A stretch of DNA of 64,000 nucleotides from Hypanus sabinus. Its lineage: Eukaryota. The position numbers and the translations under genes are program-made. Of the stretch, positions 11,613 through 24,855 are shown one piece after another; within the stretch, counting starts at the first letter, position 1; every line of letters begins with the position of its first letter. The DNA is taken from assembly GCF_030144855.1 (NCBI RefSeq), contig NC_082738.1:5270001-5334000 (forward strand), given 5' to 3'. The notes under the pieces were generated by a model. The model ran no database searches and had not been told where the DNA came from. It saw only the letters and a list, made by a program, of their open reading frames with translations.

Positions 11613-14025
11613 TTGGCCTTACTAATGCCTTGTAAAATTTTAACATTACATCCCAACTTCTGTACTCAATGCTCTGATTTATAAAGGCCAGTGTTCCAAA
11701 AGCCCTCTTCACCACCCTATCTACATGAGACTCCACCTTCAGGGAACTATGCACTGTTATTCCTAGATCTCTCTGTTCCTCTGCATTCCTCAATGCCCTA
11801 CCATTTACCCTGTATGTTCTATTTGGATTATTCCTGCCAAAATGTAGAACCTCACACTTCTCAGCATTAAACTCCATCTGCCAATGTTCAGCCCATTCTT
11901 CTAACCGGCATAAATCTCCCTGCAAGCTTTGAAAACCCACCTCATTATCCACAACACCTCCTACCTTAGTATCATCGGCATACTTACTAATCCAATTTAC
12001 CACCCCATCATCCAGATCCAAATAAAGGAAGGCATCAAACTAAAAACTTGTGTGCACGAAGTCGCCAAGGGTAGTGGCAAACTGGAAGACTGGGAAAACT
12101 TTAAAAAGCAATAAAGAACCAATAAGTGAGCAATAAAGAAAGAGTAGATAGATTATGAAAGTAAACTAGCATAAAATATAAAAACAGATAGTAAAAGTTT
12201 TTATGATTATATAAAGCAGAAAAGGATGGTTGAAGTGAACATTGGTCCCTTGGAGGACAAGAAGGGGGAATTGATATAGGGTAATGAGGAAATAGCTGAG
12301 GCTTTGAATAACTATTTTGTGGTCAGTCTTCCCTTTGGAGGACACACCTGACATGCCAAAGAGAGATGATATGGTTGCGATGGGAAGTGAGAACACTAAA
12401 GAGGTAGTGCTGAGCAAACTTGTGGGCCTGAAGATAGACAGGTCCCCTGACCCTGATGGAATGCATCCCAGGGTACTGAAAGAAATGGCAGAGGTCACAG
12501 TAGAGGCTTTGGTGATAATTTACCAAAACTCTCTGGACTCTGGGCAGGTCCCAATGGATTGGAAAAAGGCAAATGTCACGTCACTGTTCAAAAAAGATGT
12601 AGGCAAAAGGCAGGTAACTATAGGCCAGTTAGTTTAACATCTGTAGTTGGGAAAATGCTTGAAGCTATCATTAAAGAAGAAATAGCGAGGCATCTGGAAA
12701 GAATTGAATCCATCAGGCAAACACAGCATGGATTCAGCAAAGGCAGATCCTGTTTCACAAATTTACTGGAGTTCTTTGAGGAAATAACGAGTGCAGTGGA
12801 TAGAGGAGAACAGATGGACATTATATAATTGGATTTCCAGAAAGCGTTCGATAAGGTGCCACTTAAAAGACATCCATAAGATAAGGATGCTTAGAGTTGG
12901 GACCAATGTATTAGCGTGGATAGAGGATTCATTAACCAACAGAAAGCAGAGAGTTGGGATACATGGGTATTTCTCTGATTGACAATCAGTGGTGAGCGGT
13001 GTGTCACAGGGGGCAGTGCTGGGCCCACAACTGTTCATAATATGCATTAACAATCTGGAAGAGGGAGCTGAGTGTAGTGTATCTAAGTTGCTGATTATAC
13101 TAACTTGAGTGGAAAAGGAAATTGTGCTGAAGATATGGAGAGTCTGCAGAGAGAAATAGATAGGTGAAGCGAGTGGGCAAGGGTCTTGCAGATGTAGTAC
13201 AATGTTGGTAAATGCTAAGTCATCCACTTTGGAAGGGAAAGTGGAAGATCAGATTATTATTTAAATGGTAAAAGACTGCAGCATGCTGCTGTGCAGAAGG
13301 ACTTGGGAGTGCTTGTGCATGAATCGCAAAAGGTTGGTTTGCAGGTGCAGCAGGCTATCAAGAAGGAAAATGGAATGTTGGCCTTCATTGCTAGAGGATT
13401 GAATTTAAGAGCAGGGAGGTTATGATACAACTATACAGGGAAATGGTGAGGCCACATCTGGAGTACTGTGTGCAGTTCTGGTCTCCTTATTTGAGGAAGG
13501 ATATACTGGCTTTGGAGGCAGTGCAGAGGAGGTTCACCGGGTTGATTTCAGAAATGAGGGGATTACACTATGAGAAGAGATTGAGTCACCTAAGACTGTA
13601 CTCACTGGAATTCAGAAGAATGAGAGGAGATCTTATGGAAACATATAAAATTATGAAAGGGTTAGATAAGATAGAGGCAGGAAAGTTGCTTCCACTGGCA
13701 GGTGAGAGTAGAATTAGAGAACATAACCTCAAGATTTGGGGGAATAAATTTAGGATAGAGCTGAGAAGGAACTGCTTTTCCCAAAGAGGGGTGAATCTAT
13801 GGAATTCTCTGCCTAATGAAGCAGTGGAGGCTACCTCCGTAAATATATTTAAGACAAGATTGGATAGATTTTTGCCTAGTAGGGGAATTAAGGGTTACAG
13901 GGGAAAAGGCAGGTAGGTGGGATGAGTCCATGGTCAGATCAGCCATGATATTATTGAATGACGGAGCAGGCTCGTCGGGCCAGATGGCCGACTCCTGCTC
14001 CTATTTCTTATTTCTTATGTTCTTA
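10890..14025 (+). mobile_element. CR1 LINE, degraded ORF2, interrupted by a younger CR1
   Basis: RSPDPDGMHPRVLKE, NYRPVSLTSVVGK, RPHLEYCVQFWSP motifs; (ttcttatg)-like tail about 14005-14025. Confidence 0.93.
11057..12019 (-). mobile_element. Young 5'-truncated CR1 nested in older CR1
   Basis: Uninterrupted 293-aa RT C-terminal ORF (KYADDTK), (ATGGTTAT)n tail, 11-bp TSD aaataaa(a/g)gaa at 11046-11056 and 12020-12030. Confidence 0.93.
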
Positions 14026-15064
14026 TTTAGAACACCAACTAGCAATTTGATCAGACAGACCATTTTATTGCCATATTTACTCCCTTCCTGCCCCTCTTAA
14101 TTTAAACCCACCCCTTACTCTTTTAATCTTTTCTCTCTCATGTGCTTTCTCTCAAGGCATCTGTTTTATTCACTTCATTGATTCCATGTGGGAGTGAGTT
14201 CCACATCTCCTCTCCAGGAGTATGTTAAAGCACACATCCGTGCCTCTATTAAAATCCCCTTCACTTTACCCTCTGTTGTAAGCAGTTTCTTGACTCACAG
14301 CGTTCTGATTTGAGAGTTTCAGCCCTGGCTCAAAATCCTTACACTGTCTCACTGCGACAAATTCCTCCCATTACTCTTACCTGAGCAATCCCAGTTTTAA
14401 AGCTTGAGCCAGACACTACTGCTGGGGACCCTTGGCTGACTTTGGTTGGGCTGCAGATATACAAACTAAAATAGGTGGCAGCATTTTTGGGCTAAGTTTG
14501 ATTTTTGGATGAGTGTATAATGTTATCCATCCGTCCCAGTGCTAATTCCCGTTGATGTATAAGAATGGGATATGTAATAGGTGCTTGGCTGAATCTTTCA
14601 CAGAAAGCTTCTCCAGGGATAACTCTTATGACTAAAGATGGTTACCACCCAAAAACTACATTCTTACTCTTACAAGGGTGGTAGCATTCCAACCTCCTTC
14701 AGGAGAGAGGTATTTTAGTACAGTAGTTGAAGTTGCTGTCTTGGGCTAATTCTGACTTCTGGTGCCGTCTTTGTAGTTTGCATATTCTGTGACCATGTCA
14801 GGTTTTCCTAGAGCTCTAGGTTCCTTTCAAGTATGTTAAATGATTACTGCAAATTACTCCTTATTGCAGGTTAATGGCAAAAAGAACCCAAAGGAAGGTT
14901 GAAGGGTGTGTGTAAGGGAAAAGTTGCAGGGGTACAGGGGAAAGAGAGAGAGGAAGAGGACTCATGATGAGATAGCTTGTTCTGAGCCAAGATGGACTGA
15001 AAAGCCTCTTTTGTTGTATTGTAACTCTAGATTTGCTTTAGTTTCAGTAAATGAAGTATTTCTG

Positions 15065-15757
15065 GGATTTCACAGTTCAAAGTACATTTATTATCAAAGT
15101 ATGTATGCATTATACAACCTTGAGATTCGTCTCCTAACAGGCAGCCACAAAACAAGAAACCCAACAGAACCCATACAAAAGACAGTAAAACACCTAAATG
15201 TGCAGAGAAAAGAGGAAAAAACAAGAAAACCCCTGAAAAACAAATATTGCAAACAATAACTGCAAGCAAATAATGTTCTGAATTGAAGTCCACAAAGAGA
15301 ATCTGAAACCCAAAGTTTAGCACAGAGCTGAGTAAATGTTACAGAGCAGCAAGCTGAACAGGCCCGTTCCTCACCTCGGGCCCCAACACCCTGGCCTTTT
15401 TAAACTTGCCCAGTGCTTGAATCATCGTCCAAACATCGGGTTCAATCGCCTTGAATAGCTCTGGGGCCTGGACCCTGCCACCTCGATTCAGCCCATACCC
15501 GACCTTTCCAATCCAGCCCAGCACTTAAACCCATTGAATCTCGGGCCTTCCTTGCTCTCGGTGATGGGCCCACTGCCTCACCTCCCCTTGGTGCTGCTGC
15601 ATCAAATTGCCTCCAAGATCAAAGGGAAGTTATAGACTATTACCTGCGATGATCGTTTGCCAGAAAAAGAATCATTAACAAAGTACTTAGGTGTTTACCT
15701 TGTTAGGTTGGCCACCAGCCAGAAGTTTCTGAGATTCACCAGCGCCATCTTAAACCG
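15065..15757 (-). mobile_element. Non-autonomous Rex1-tailed retroelement
   Basis: Minus strand begins near AAGATGGCG (15743-15751) and ends in atactttgataataaatgtactttgaa, the tail shared with Rex1-like LINEs here; no RT coding inside. Confidence 0.55.
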
Positions 15758-16577
15758 AAAGGTGGTACTGGTCTTTTCATGAATTATATGTGTATGAAAA
15801 TAGTGCTAAAAGTCAGTTGCTCAATGATGGATTGGACATAATGGACACTTTGAGGAAGGGTGGACACCAGAAACACTGCAAAACCAGGCCACATTAGTTC
15901 TGATAAACAATGAGGCTGAACATTAATAAAGCAATTGCATCTGTAGACTCAGTTTACAACATATATGGAATAACTGTTGTGGAACATTTAGGTAAAATAT
16001 TGAGATGTACTGGAATAATGATTTGCTAGTGATTCTATTCAGGTCTCTGTTATGTAGAGACAGACTTTTCTTTGGGTATTTCAAAGTTCAAAGTAAATTT
16101 AATATCTAAGTACATATATGTCACCATATACAACCCTGAGGTCCATTTTCTTGTGGGCATACTCAACAAATTTATAGAATAATAACTATAACAGAATCAA
16201 TGAAAGACCACACCAGCTTGGGTTTTATCCAGAGTGCAGAAGACAACAAACTGTGGAAAGACAAAAAGAGGAAATAATAAACAAACAAACAAACAAACAA
16301 ACAAATAAATAAATAAATACTGAGATGAAGAGTCCTTGAAAGTGAGTCTGTAGGTTGTGGGAACATTTCAATGACAGGGCAAGTGAAGTTGAGTGATGTT
16401 ATCCCCTCTGGTTCAAGAGCCTGATGGTTGAGAAGTAATAACTGCTCCTGAACCTGGTGCTGTGGGACTTAAGACTCCTGTACCTTCTTCCTGATGGCAG
16501 CAGCAAGGAGGGAGCATGGCCTGGGTGGTAGGCGTTCTTGATGATGGATGATGCTTTCGTGTGACAGTGCTCCTTGT

Positions 16578-17264
16578 AAAGGATTCAAAGGATCTGAAGT
16601 ACATTTATTATCAAAGTATGTATGCAGTATGCAAACCTGAGATTTGTCTTCCCACAGACTGCCACGAAACAAAGAAAACCATGGAAACTGTTCAAGGAAA
16701 AATATCCCCCCCCACATACAAAAAACAAATTATGTAAATGGCAACAGGAACATCAACCCCCTCACGTGCAAAAAAAACAAATCACAAACCGCAGACCCAG
16801 ATATTCGGTACAATCTTCTGACTGCATTGAGGGAGAGAGAGACCATTCAAACGCAGAAACAGTGAGTGAGAGGGAGGGAGAGTACATCAGATGCAGCCAC
16901 CTTCTTCTGGCTTGTAGATGGCACTGATGACTCGCTCGGCCTTTGCACTCGTCTCAATGTTTTCAATCTTCCTTGATGCCTTAACTGGTGAGATGGGTGA
17001 GAAGTAGAGTCAATTATGGGCTTTAAGCTTCTTGGCCTTGAGGCTGCTCACCTCCTGGAACCCTCTCAGAGATAGCAAAACGCCAGATCGCTCTATAGGC
17101 CCAAAAACACAGAATCAAACTGTAGATCACAGGCTCCAACAGTACTTGGACCATATGTGAAGGAAAAAGAAGATGTAGAAGAAGTGAAAGAAACAGTTTT
17201 GGGGGCAATTGTGAGGCAATTGTATTGCCCATGGTAACTTTGATTGCTGGCACCATCTTCTTCC
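16578..17264 (-). mobile_element. Second non-autonomous Rex1-tailed retroelement (nested)
   Basis: 5' AAGATGGTG (17251-17259), 3' catactttgataataaatgtacttc tail; the host LINE resumes on both sides. Confidence 0.55.
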
Positions 17265-17683
17265 TGTGTGCATGGTGTGGAGGACTTTACCCATGATGCA
17301 CAGAGCTGAATCCACTATTTTTTGCAGGCTTTTCTATTCAAGGGCATTGGTGTTTCCATAGCAAGCTGTGATGCAACCAGTCAATATACTCTCCACTACA
17401 CATCTATAGAAGTTTGTCAAAGTTTTAGATGACTTGTTGAATCTTTGCGAACTTCTAAGAAAGTAAAGGTGTTGCTGTGCCTTCTTTGTAATGGCACTTG
17501 GGTGCTGGACTCAGGACAGATAGTTTGAAATGATAATGTTGAGGAATTTAAAGTTGCTGACCCTCTCCCTCTCTGATCCCCGATGAAGACTGGCTCATGG
17601 ACCTGTTTTCGTGCCCCTATAGTCAATAATTAGCTCTTTGATCTTGCTGATGTTGAGTGAGAGTTTGTTATGGCACCACCTTT

Positions 17684-18165
17684 AGACCAGAAGTCGTATG
17701 AGCAGAACAGGCTATTTAGCCCATCGAGTCCGCTCTGCCATTCCATCACGACTGATCTGTTATCCCTCTCAACCCCATTCTCCTACCTTCTTCCTTTAAC
17801 CTTTGGTCTTTGACCAGTCAAGAACCTATCAACTTCCACTTTAAATATACTCAATGACTTGGCCTCCACAGTCCTCTGTCTCAGCTTTTCAATATTTGAT
17901 AGGTTTCAATGTGATCCCCCTTCATTCTTCTAAAGCTCCATCGATTACAGGCATAGAGCCATCAAACGCTCTTCATATGTTAACCCTTTCAACCCCAGAT
18001 TCATTCTCACGAACCTCCTCTGGACACTCTCCAATGCCAGCAATTTTTTTCTTAGATATGGGGCCTCAAATTGCTCACAATATGAAGTGTGGTCTGACCA
18101 ATGCATTACGTCCTTGCTCTTGTATTCTAGTCTTCTCGAAATGAATGCTAACACTGCATTCATTT
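17684..18165 (-). mobile_element. CR1 3' fragment nested in Rex1-like LINE
   Basis: LAFISRRLEYKSKDV...LESVQRRF...GLTYEERLMAL peptide and CR1 3' UTR. Confidence 0.8.
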
Positions 18166-18924
18166 GAATTCCTATGTGCTGATTCATCACCACCTTTGAT
18201 ACGGACAATGACAGTGGTGTTGCCAGCAAACTTGAAAATGGCATTGGAGCTGTGGTTAGCCCCACAGTCATGTGTAAAGTGAGTAGAGCAGGGGGCTAAG
18301 CACACAGCCTTGTGGTGCCCCTGTGCTGAAGGAGATTGTGTAGGAGATGTGGTTAATCCGAACTGACAGGGGTGTGCAAGTGAGGAATTTGAGGATCCAG
18401 TTGCAAGTGAGGCCTATGTCTTGGAGCTTATTGATTAGTTTTGAGGGGATTAATGGTGTTGAATGCAGAGCTGTATTCAGTGAAGAGTATTCTGATGTAT
18501 GCACCTTCACTATCTAAACGTTCCAAGGCTGAGTGAAGAGCCCATGAAATTGCATCTGCTGTTGATCTGTGATGGTAGGCAAATTGGAGCAGATCCAAGT
18601 CACTCCGAAGGCAGGAGTTAATGTTTCATCACTAACCTCTCAAAGCACTTCATCGCAATGAATGTAAGTGCTACTGGATGATAGTCATTGCTTATATATG
18701 GTCATTAATAGTCTTTGACAATTGAGTTCTATTGGAGACAAAGTCAGTTCAAAGTTATGTTTATTGTTATCTGCACAAGTCCATGTATGCACAGCGGCAA
18801 TGAAAAAACCACTTGCAGCAGCATCACAGGCATAGAGCATCATATAAGCAGCATTTACAAGAAAAATATAAATTGTGCACAATTTTTACAAGAACACTCA
18901 ATTAGAACAAAAATGCAAAGTGGA

Positions 18925-19900
18925 ACAAGTGCTACACTTGCCCATTCACCTCTGCCCTCACTACCATTCAGGGCCCCAAACTGTCCTTCGAGGTGAGGCA
19001 ACATTTCACCTGTGAGTTAATTGGGGTTATTTACTATATCTGGTGCTCCCAGTGTGGCCAGTGAGAGCTAATGTAGATTTGAAGACAGCATCGCTGAGCA
19101 CCTACGCTCCGTCCGCCACAAAAAGTGGGATCAATAAGAAAGTGAGGTGTATATTCGGGTCAGTACAACAAAATGAATGTAAATTATTTTACTCACCTAC
19201 CACTCCATTAGCCACCATGTCCAGCACATAATTCTCCATAACTTCCGCCACTTCCAACAGGATCCCATCACCAAGCACATCTATCCCTCCCCCCTACCAA
19301 CTTCATGCTTTCTGCAGGGATCGCTTCTTACCCCCTTGTCCATTTGCCCCTCTCTACTGATCTCCCTCCTGGTACTTACCCTTGCAGGCTGAACAAGTGC
19401 CACACCTGCCCTTACAACCAAACCTGCACTACCATTCAGGGCTCCAAACAGTCCTTCCAGGTGAGGTGATACTTCATCTGCGAGTCTGTTAGGGTCATCT
19501 ACTCTGTTTAGTGCTCCTAGTGCTGCTTCCTGTATATCACTGAGACCTGACATAGGTTGAGGGAACCCTTCTCTTTTATTCACTTACCACCTTCCTCTGG
19601 TACCCTGCCTCCTTCCCTTTCTTCCATGTCCACTTTCCTCTCCTGATAGATTTATTCTTCTTCAGCTTTTATCTTTCCCTTCCCAGCTTTCTTTATCCTC
19701 CTCTCCTACCCACACACTTTCTGTCTCACTTGGTCTCACCTATCACCTACCAGCTTGTACTCCTTTCGTCCCCTCACTTTCTTATTCTGGCTTCCTTTCC
19801 AGTCCTAATGGAAGATCTCAGCCAACATGTTGACTATTTATTCCCTTCCATAGATGCTGCCTGACCTTCTGAGTTTCTCCAGCATTTTGTATGTGTTGCT
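18925..19900 (+). mobile_element. Penelope-like element fragments (GIY-YIG endonuclease region + terminal repeat)
   Basis: Two partial copies reading TIQGPK.SF.VR..FTCE..GVIY across frames (about 18960-19050 and 19430-19550), followed by the pyrimidine-rich terminal repeat. Confidence 0.75.
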
Positions 19901-21717
19901 AAAGTGTTCATAGTGTTGCTAAACTATAACGATTAAAATTTTGCCAGCTGGTTCAAGTGGTTGAAGGGAAGTAGTTGTTCCTGAACCTGCTGGTGTGGGA
20001 CTACTGGCTTCTGTACCTTCTTCCTAATTGTAGCTTGAGAGAATGACGTGGCCTGATGGATTTTGCCTTCTTGAGACAGCACATCCTGTAAATATGACAA
20101 GTGGTGGTAGGCCAGCTGATTATGATATAGTGGACAGAGACATCTGACAGTGCTGACATCTAGTAACATAGGGAGCATTAGAGCAGAAATTCAGATATTC
20201 AGTCTTAAGAAATTTAAGGAGCATTTTATGAACAATGAGAGATAGAAATATGTAAATGTTTACAGAGGAATTTTAGTAGTTATATCCTTGACAACAAATC
20301 AGGTGATCTAATGGGCAGAGGTGAAGTAGAGAATATGCTTTGAAAAGGTGCAGGACTGCAAGCGAGTGTCGAGATAGGGAGGAAAAATTGTCAGAAGGAA
20401 TTAGAAGCAAGGTTGTGAATTTCCAGGTTGAAACATTGATTAACCAATTGGCATTGTAGGTCAAGATCAACAATGATAAGGAAACTGAAGAGGGCAGCTT
20501 AGGATACAATAATTTCATATAACTTCATTGGGTGGAACAAGGGAGGTTGGGCATCAATTGAAGGCCTAACATAGGCAGCAATGAGAACTTCAGCAGAAGA
20601 TGAGCTGAGGTGGGGTTGGAATTGGGTGATGACAAACTGAAAATAAGTGACCTTCCTGATGCTAATGATATGGAATCCAGAGCTCATCATGGGGTCTAAA
20701 GTTGTGCACAGTGTGCTTCACATTCAAATGATTTGCAACACAAGTATTAATATGATTATGAATAGAAATATTAATTTATTAATCTTGACACTCACTCTTC
20801 TGTTAATAATATTAATGCTATCAGTTGTTTGGTTGACAAGACTACTGTGTTATATAATATTCTTGGGCAGGAGGGGGCAGTACAGCTTTGCCCTCTTGAG
20901 CCAATTAGCATAATTACAAAGCTTCAAAGAACTAAGATATCTGATACTGTGGTTATCAGAGCCAAGTTAGAGATGGTCTGTAGAGGAAGGATCTCAAACT
21001 GAGATTAAACTCACAAATGCTGCCTAACTTGTTGAGTTCTTTCAGAAGATTTTGCTTCACTCCTGATTCCAGCATCAGCAGACTTATGTTTACGGTCAAT
21101 TGCGGTAACCCAGTATTGCAGTGATAACTTGATTTGACCAATTCCAATAGCACAGGTACTGAGGTTGAAAATGAGCCGTGGGGTTTGAGTGGCAAACCAG
21201 ACATAAGAAGCTGAAATTTTAAAGTAGGCTAAAATTAAAAAGGAAGAGTACAATACATCATAATGTCATAAATATGGATAAATCCACTTTCTCAAAAGAG
21301 AAAAGCTCTTGCAAAACATCCTTCTGATAGGTACATGGCAAAGTATCACAACAATGAATCATTTTGCCCATCTGATACTCCTCTCCTTCTCACCAGCAAC
21401 CCATTTCCTGCCATCAACTCTTATTTGCCTTGAAAATACCTGGAGAAATTTGTGCTGTATTTGTTATGATTTACAATTCCCATCAGCCCCAATTCCAGAC
21501 AAGTCGTGACCTGTTTAAGATACTCTTTCTCTTAAGCTCTTGAATAGTCTGAATGTGTCCCACTCCTCCAGGCTAATCACAGCTTTCCAAAGCACCTGGA
21601 CAAGGGCTAATCTGCAGTAAATCCTCAGATCCTGGATAAATTCCTGCCTTGTTCCAAATAACTTTATGAAATGCTGCTGTTTTCCTACCAGAACTGTTTT
21701 TTGGTATTTCTGCATAT

Positions 21718-22745
21718 ACTCAAGAGATTCTGCAGATGCTGGTAATCCAAAACAACACACACAAAATGCTGGAGGAACTCAATCAGTCAGGCAACATCTA
21801 TGGAAATGAATAAACAGTTAATATTTCAGGCCAAGACCCTTCTTCTAGACTGGAAGGGAAAGGGGAAGACACCAGAATAAAAAGGTGAAGAGAGGGGAAA
21901 CATAGAAAACCTACAGCACAATACAAACCCTTTGGCCCACAATGCTGTGCCAAACATATACTTACTTTAGAAATTACCTAGGGTTACCCATAGCCTTCTA
22001 TTTTTCTAAGTTCCATGTACCTGTCCAGGAGCCTCTTAAAAGACCCTATCGTATCCACCTCCACCACCATCACCAGCAGCCCATTCCACACACTCACCAC
22101 TCTCTGCGTAAAAAACTTACCCCTCATATCTCCTCTGTACCTACTTCCAAGCACCTTAAAACTGTGCCTTCTCGTGTTAGCCATTTCAGCCCTGGGAAAA
22201 AGCCTCTGACTATCCACACAATCAATGCCTCTCATCATCTTATAATGATGGAAGGAAGGAGGATAACTAGAAGGTTATAGGTGAAGCTAGGTGGGTGGGA
22301 ATGGTAAAGGGCTGGAGAGGAAAGAATCTGACAGGAGAGGAGAGTGGACCATAGGAGAATGGAAAAGAGCAGGGGACCCAGAGGAAGGTGCTAGGCAAGC
22401 GAAGAGAAGAGGTAAGAGGCAAGAGTGGAGATTAAAGAAAAAGGTGGGAGAGGAAAAGATAGAAAAGAGAGAAAAAATACTGGAAAGAGAAATTGATGTT
22501 AATGCCATCAGTTTATGTTCAGGGAGGAGGGAATGGAGGGAAGGAAGTAGGAAGTTACTTGCATTTACACTGACTTGGAGAGGGACAATTGGAATTTTCA
22601 CTTCAAACTGGCACAGCTGGAAGGGCAGCAGCACAATACTGAAGACACACACAAAATGCTGGAGGAACTCAGCAGGTCAGGCAGCATCTCTGAAAATGAA
22701 TAAACAGGCAATCTTTCAGGCTGGGACCCTTCTTCAGGATGGCTG
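21718..22745 (-). mobile_element. Penelope-derived terminal repeats with a nested CR1 3' fragment (21900-22243)
   Basis: Two acacacacaaaatgctggaggaactc heads (about 21755 and 22645); the inserted CR1 piece is highly similar to 950-1265. Confidence 0.7.
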
Positions 22746-23814
22746 AATATTGAAGAGATGCCTTCAGATGGAATCCCAGCAAAATTACACCATTTTATTG
22801 AAATCACTTACTATGCTTCCTAAACTACGTAACAATAAACTGAAGCTAAATCAGCAGATCTATTTATGAATACTCCTTCTAACAATTAGCTAACTTGCCA
22901 GGAGGGGGCACCATGAGCCACAGCAGCTGCAATCGCCTCAACTAGACAATGGGGATATCAGTCAGAATGTACAGTAGCACACTTCACGGTGACCCTGCTT
23001 GTAGAGCTGCTGCCTCACAGTGCCGGCAGTCTGCATTCAGTTTTGACCTCTAGTGTTGTCTGCTCCAGTTACCGCTGTGTTCCAAAGACATACATGTTGG
23101 TAGATTTACTGGCTCCAATAAATTACCACTAGTGTTAGCCGACTGTTAGACTCTGGGGGTAGCTGATGAAAATGCACAGAGAATAGAAAATCAGAATGTA
23201 GGATTAGCGTAAAGTGTGTGGTTGATAGTCAGGGCAGACTTAATGGACTGAAGAGCTTGTCTCTGCCTTACCCCTCTATGACTGATCTTTTCTCCTATGA
23301 AATACAGAAAGATATACTATCTTTCCCTATGTCTTAGAATGAGGTTATTCAGCCGATCATCAATGCTAGCTTTGGGAACAAACACAGGAACTCCATTCCT
23401 AGTAACTTGTTTGATCACATTTTCCCATAAACACCTCTCAGAACTCAAGCCCCTCCGATTTCACTATACTAGGGTTAAATTACTAGCAGAACCAACGCAC
23501 CTTTTGGGATGTGAAAAGAAACCGAGCAATCAGGGCTGGGGGATGCAGGGAATTTCAGAGACATTTAGACATGCACATTAACATACAAGGAATGATGGGA
23601 TAAAGATTCATGGGTAAACAGATGGCATTGGGTCCACTTGGCGTCATGGTGAACAGAGATGGATGATGGATCTGTTCCTCTGCTGTCCTATGTTCTAAAG
23701 GCATGCTAGTTGGTGGGAAATTTGGCCTCTCTTAAATTGACCCAGTGAGTAAATGAGTGTTACAATCTCGGGCAGGTTGATAAGAATGTTGGGAGAACAC
23801 CCACCAGTTTCAGG

Positions 23815-24855
23815 AGCAAGGCTGTGTGCTTAGCCCCCTGCTCTACTCACTTTACACTTTTGACTGTGTGGCTAAGCACAGGTCCAATGCCATATCTAAG
23901 TTTGCTGATGACACCAATGTCTTTGGCCAAATCTGCATATAGCAGGGAACTTGAAAATCTGGCTGAGTGGTGCCACATCAACAACATCTTACTCAATGTC
24001 AGCAAGGCCAAAGAGCTGATTATTAACTTCAGGAGGAGGAAACCAGAGGTCCACGAGCCAGTCCTCATCAGGCGATCAGAGGTGGAGAGGGTCAGCAACT
24101 TTAAATTCCTTAGTGGTATCATTTCTGAGGACATGTCCTGGGCACAATACGTAAGTGCAATTGCAAAGAAAGCATGGCAGCACCTCTACTTCCTTAGAAG
24201 TTTGTGAAGATTCGACATGACATCTAAAACTTGGACAAACTTCTTTAGATGTGTGGTGAAGAGTACATTGACTGGCTGCATCACAGCCTGGTATGGAAAC
24301 ACCAAAGCTCTTGAATGGAAAATCCTACAAATGGTAGTGGATACGGTCCAGTCCATCACAGGTAAAGCCCTCTCCACCACTGAGCACATCTACATGGAGC
24401 ATTGTTGCAGGAAAGCAGCCTCCATCATCAGGGATCCCCACCACCCAGGTTATGCTCTCTTCTCACCAAGAAGGTGCAGGAGCCTCAGGATGCACACTAC
24501 CAGGTTCAGGAACAGTTAATACTCCTCAACCATCAGGCTCTTGAACCAGAGGGGGTAACTTTACTCAACTTCATTTGCCCCAGCACTGAACTCTTCTTAC
24601 AACATATGGACACACTTTCAAGGGCTCGACATTTATGATGTTCCCAATATTTATTGCTTAATTATTTATTATTATTCCTTTTTGTAGTTGCACAGTTTTT
24701 TAAAATCTTTTGCACATTGGTTTTCTGCCCTCTTGGTGCAGTCTTTCATTTACTCTATTATGGATTTACTGAGTATGTCCAAAAGAAAATGAATCTCAGG
24801 ATTGTATATGGTGACATATATGTACTTTGATAATAAATTTATCTTGGATTTTGAG
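23815..24855 (+). mobile_element. Rex1/Babar-like LINE, 5'-truncated
   Basis: [46 protein letters not shown]-like motifs; tail gtactttgataataaattt. Confidence 0.88.

Larger units (their letters stand above)
16080..18690 (-). mobile_element. Rex1/Babar-like LINE, degraded, with two nested insertions
   Basis: [33 protein letters not shown] motifs at 18180-18510; 3' tail at 16080-16200; interrupted at 16578-17264 and 17684-18165. Confidence 0.85.

Noticed and set aside
22287-22746. Overlapping 121-aa and 151-aa ORFs
   Set aside because: Low-complexity purine/pyrimidine tract of a Penelope-derived repeat.
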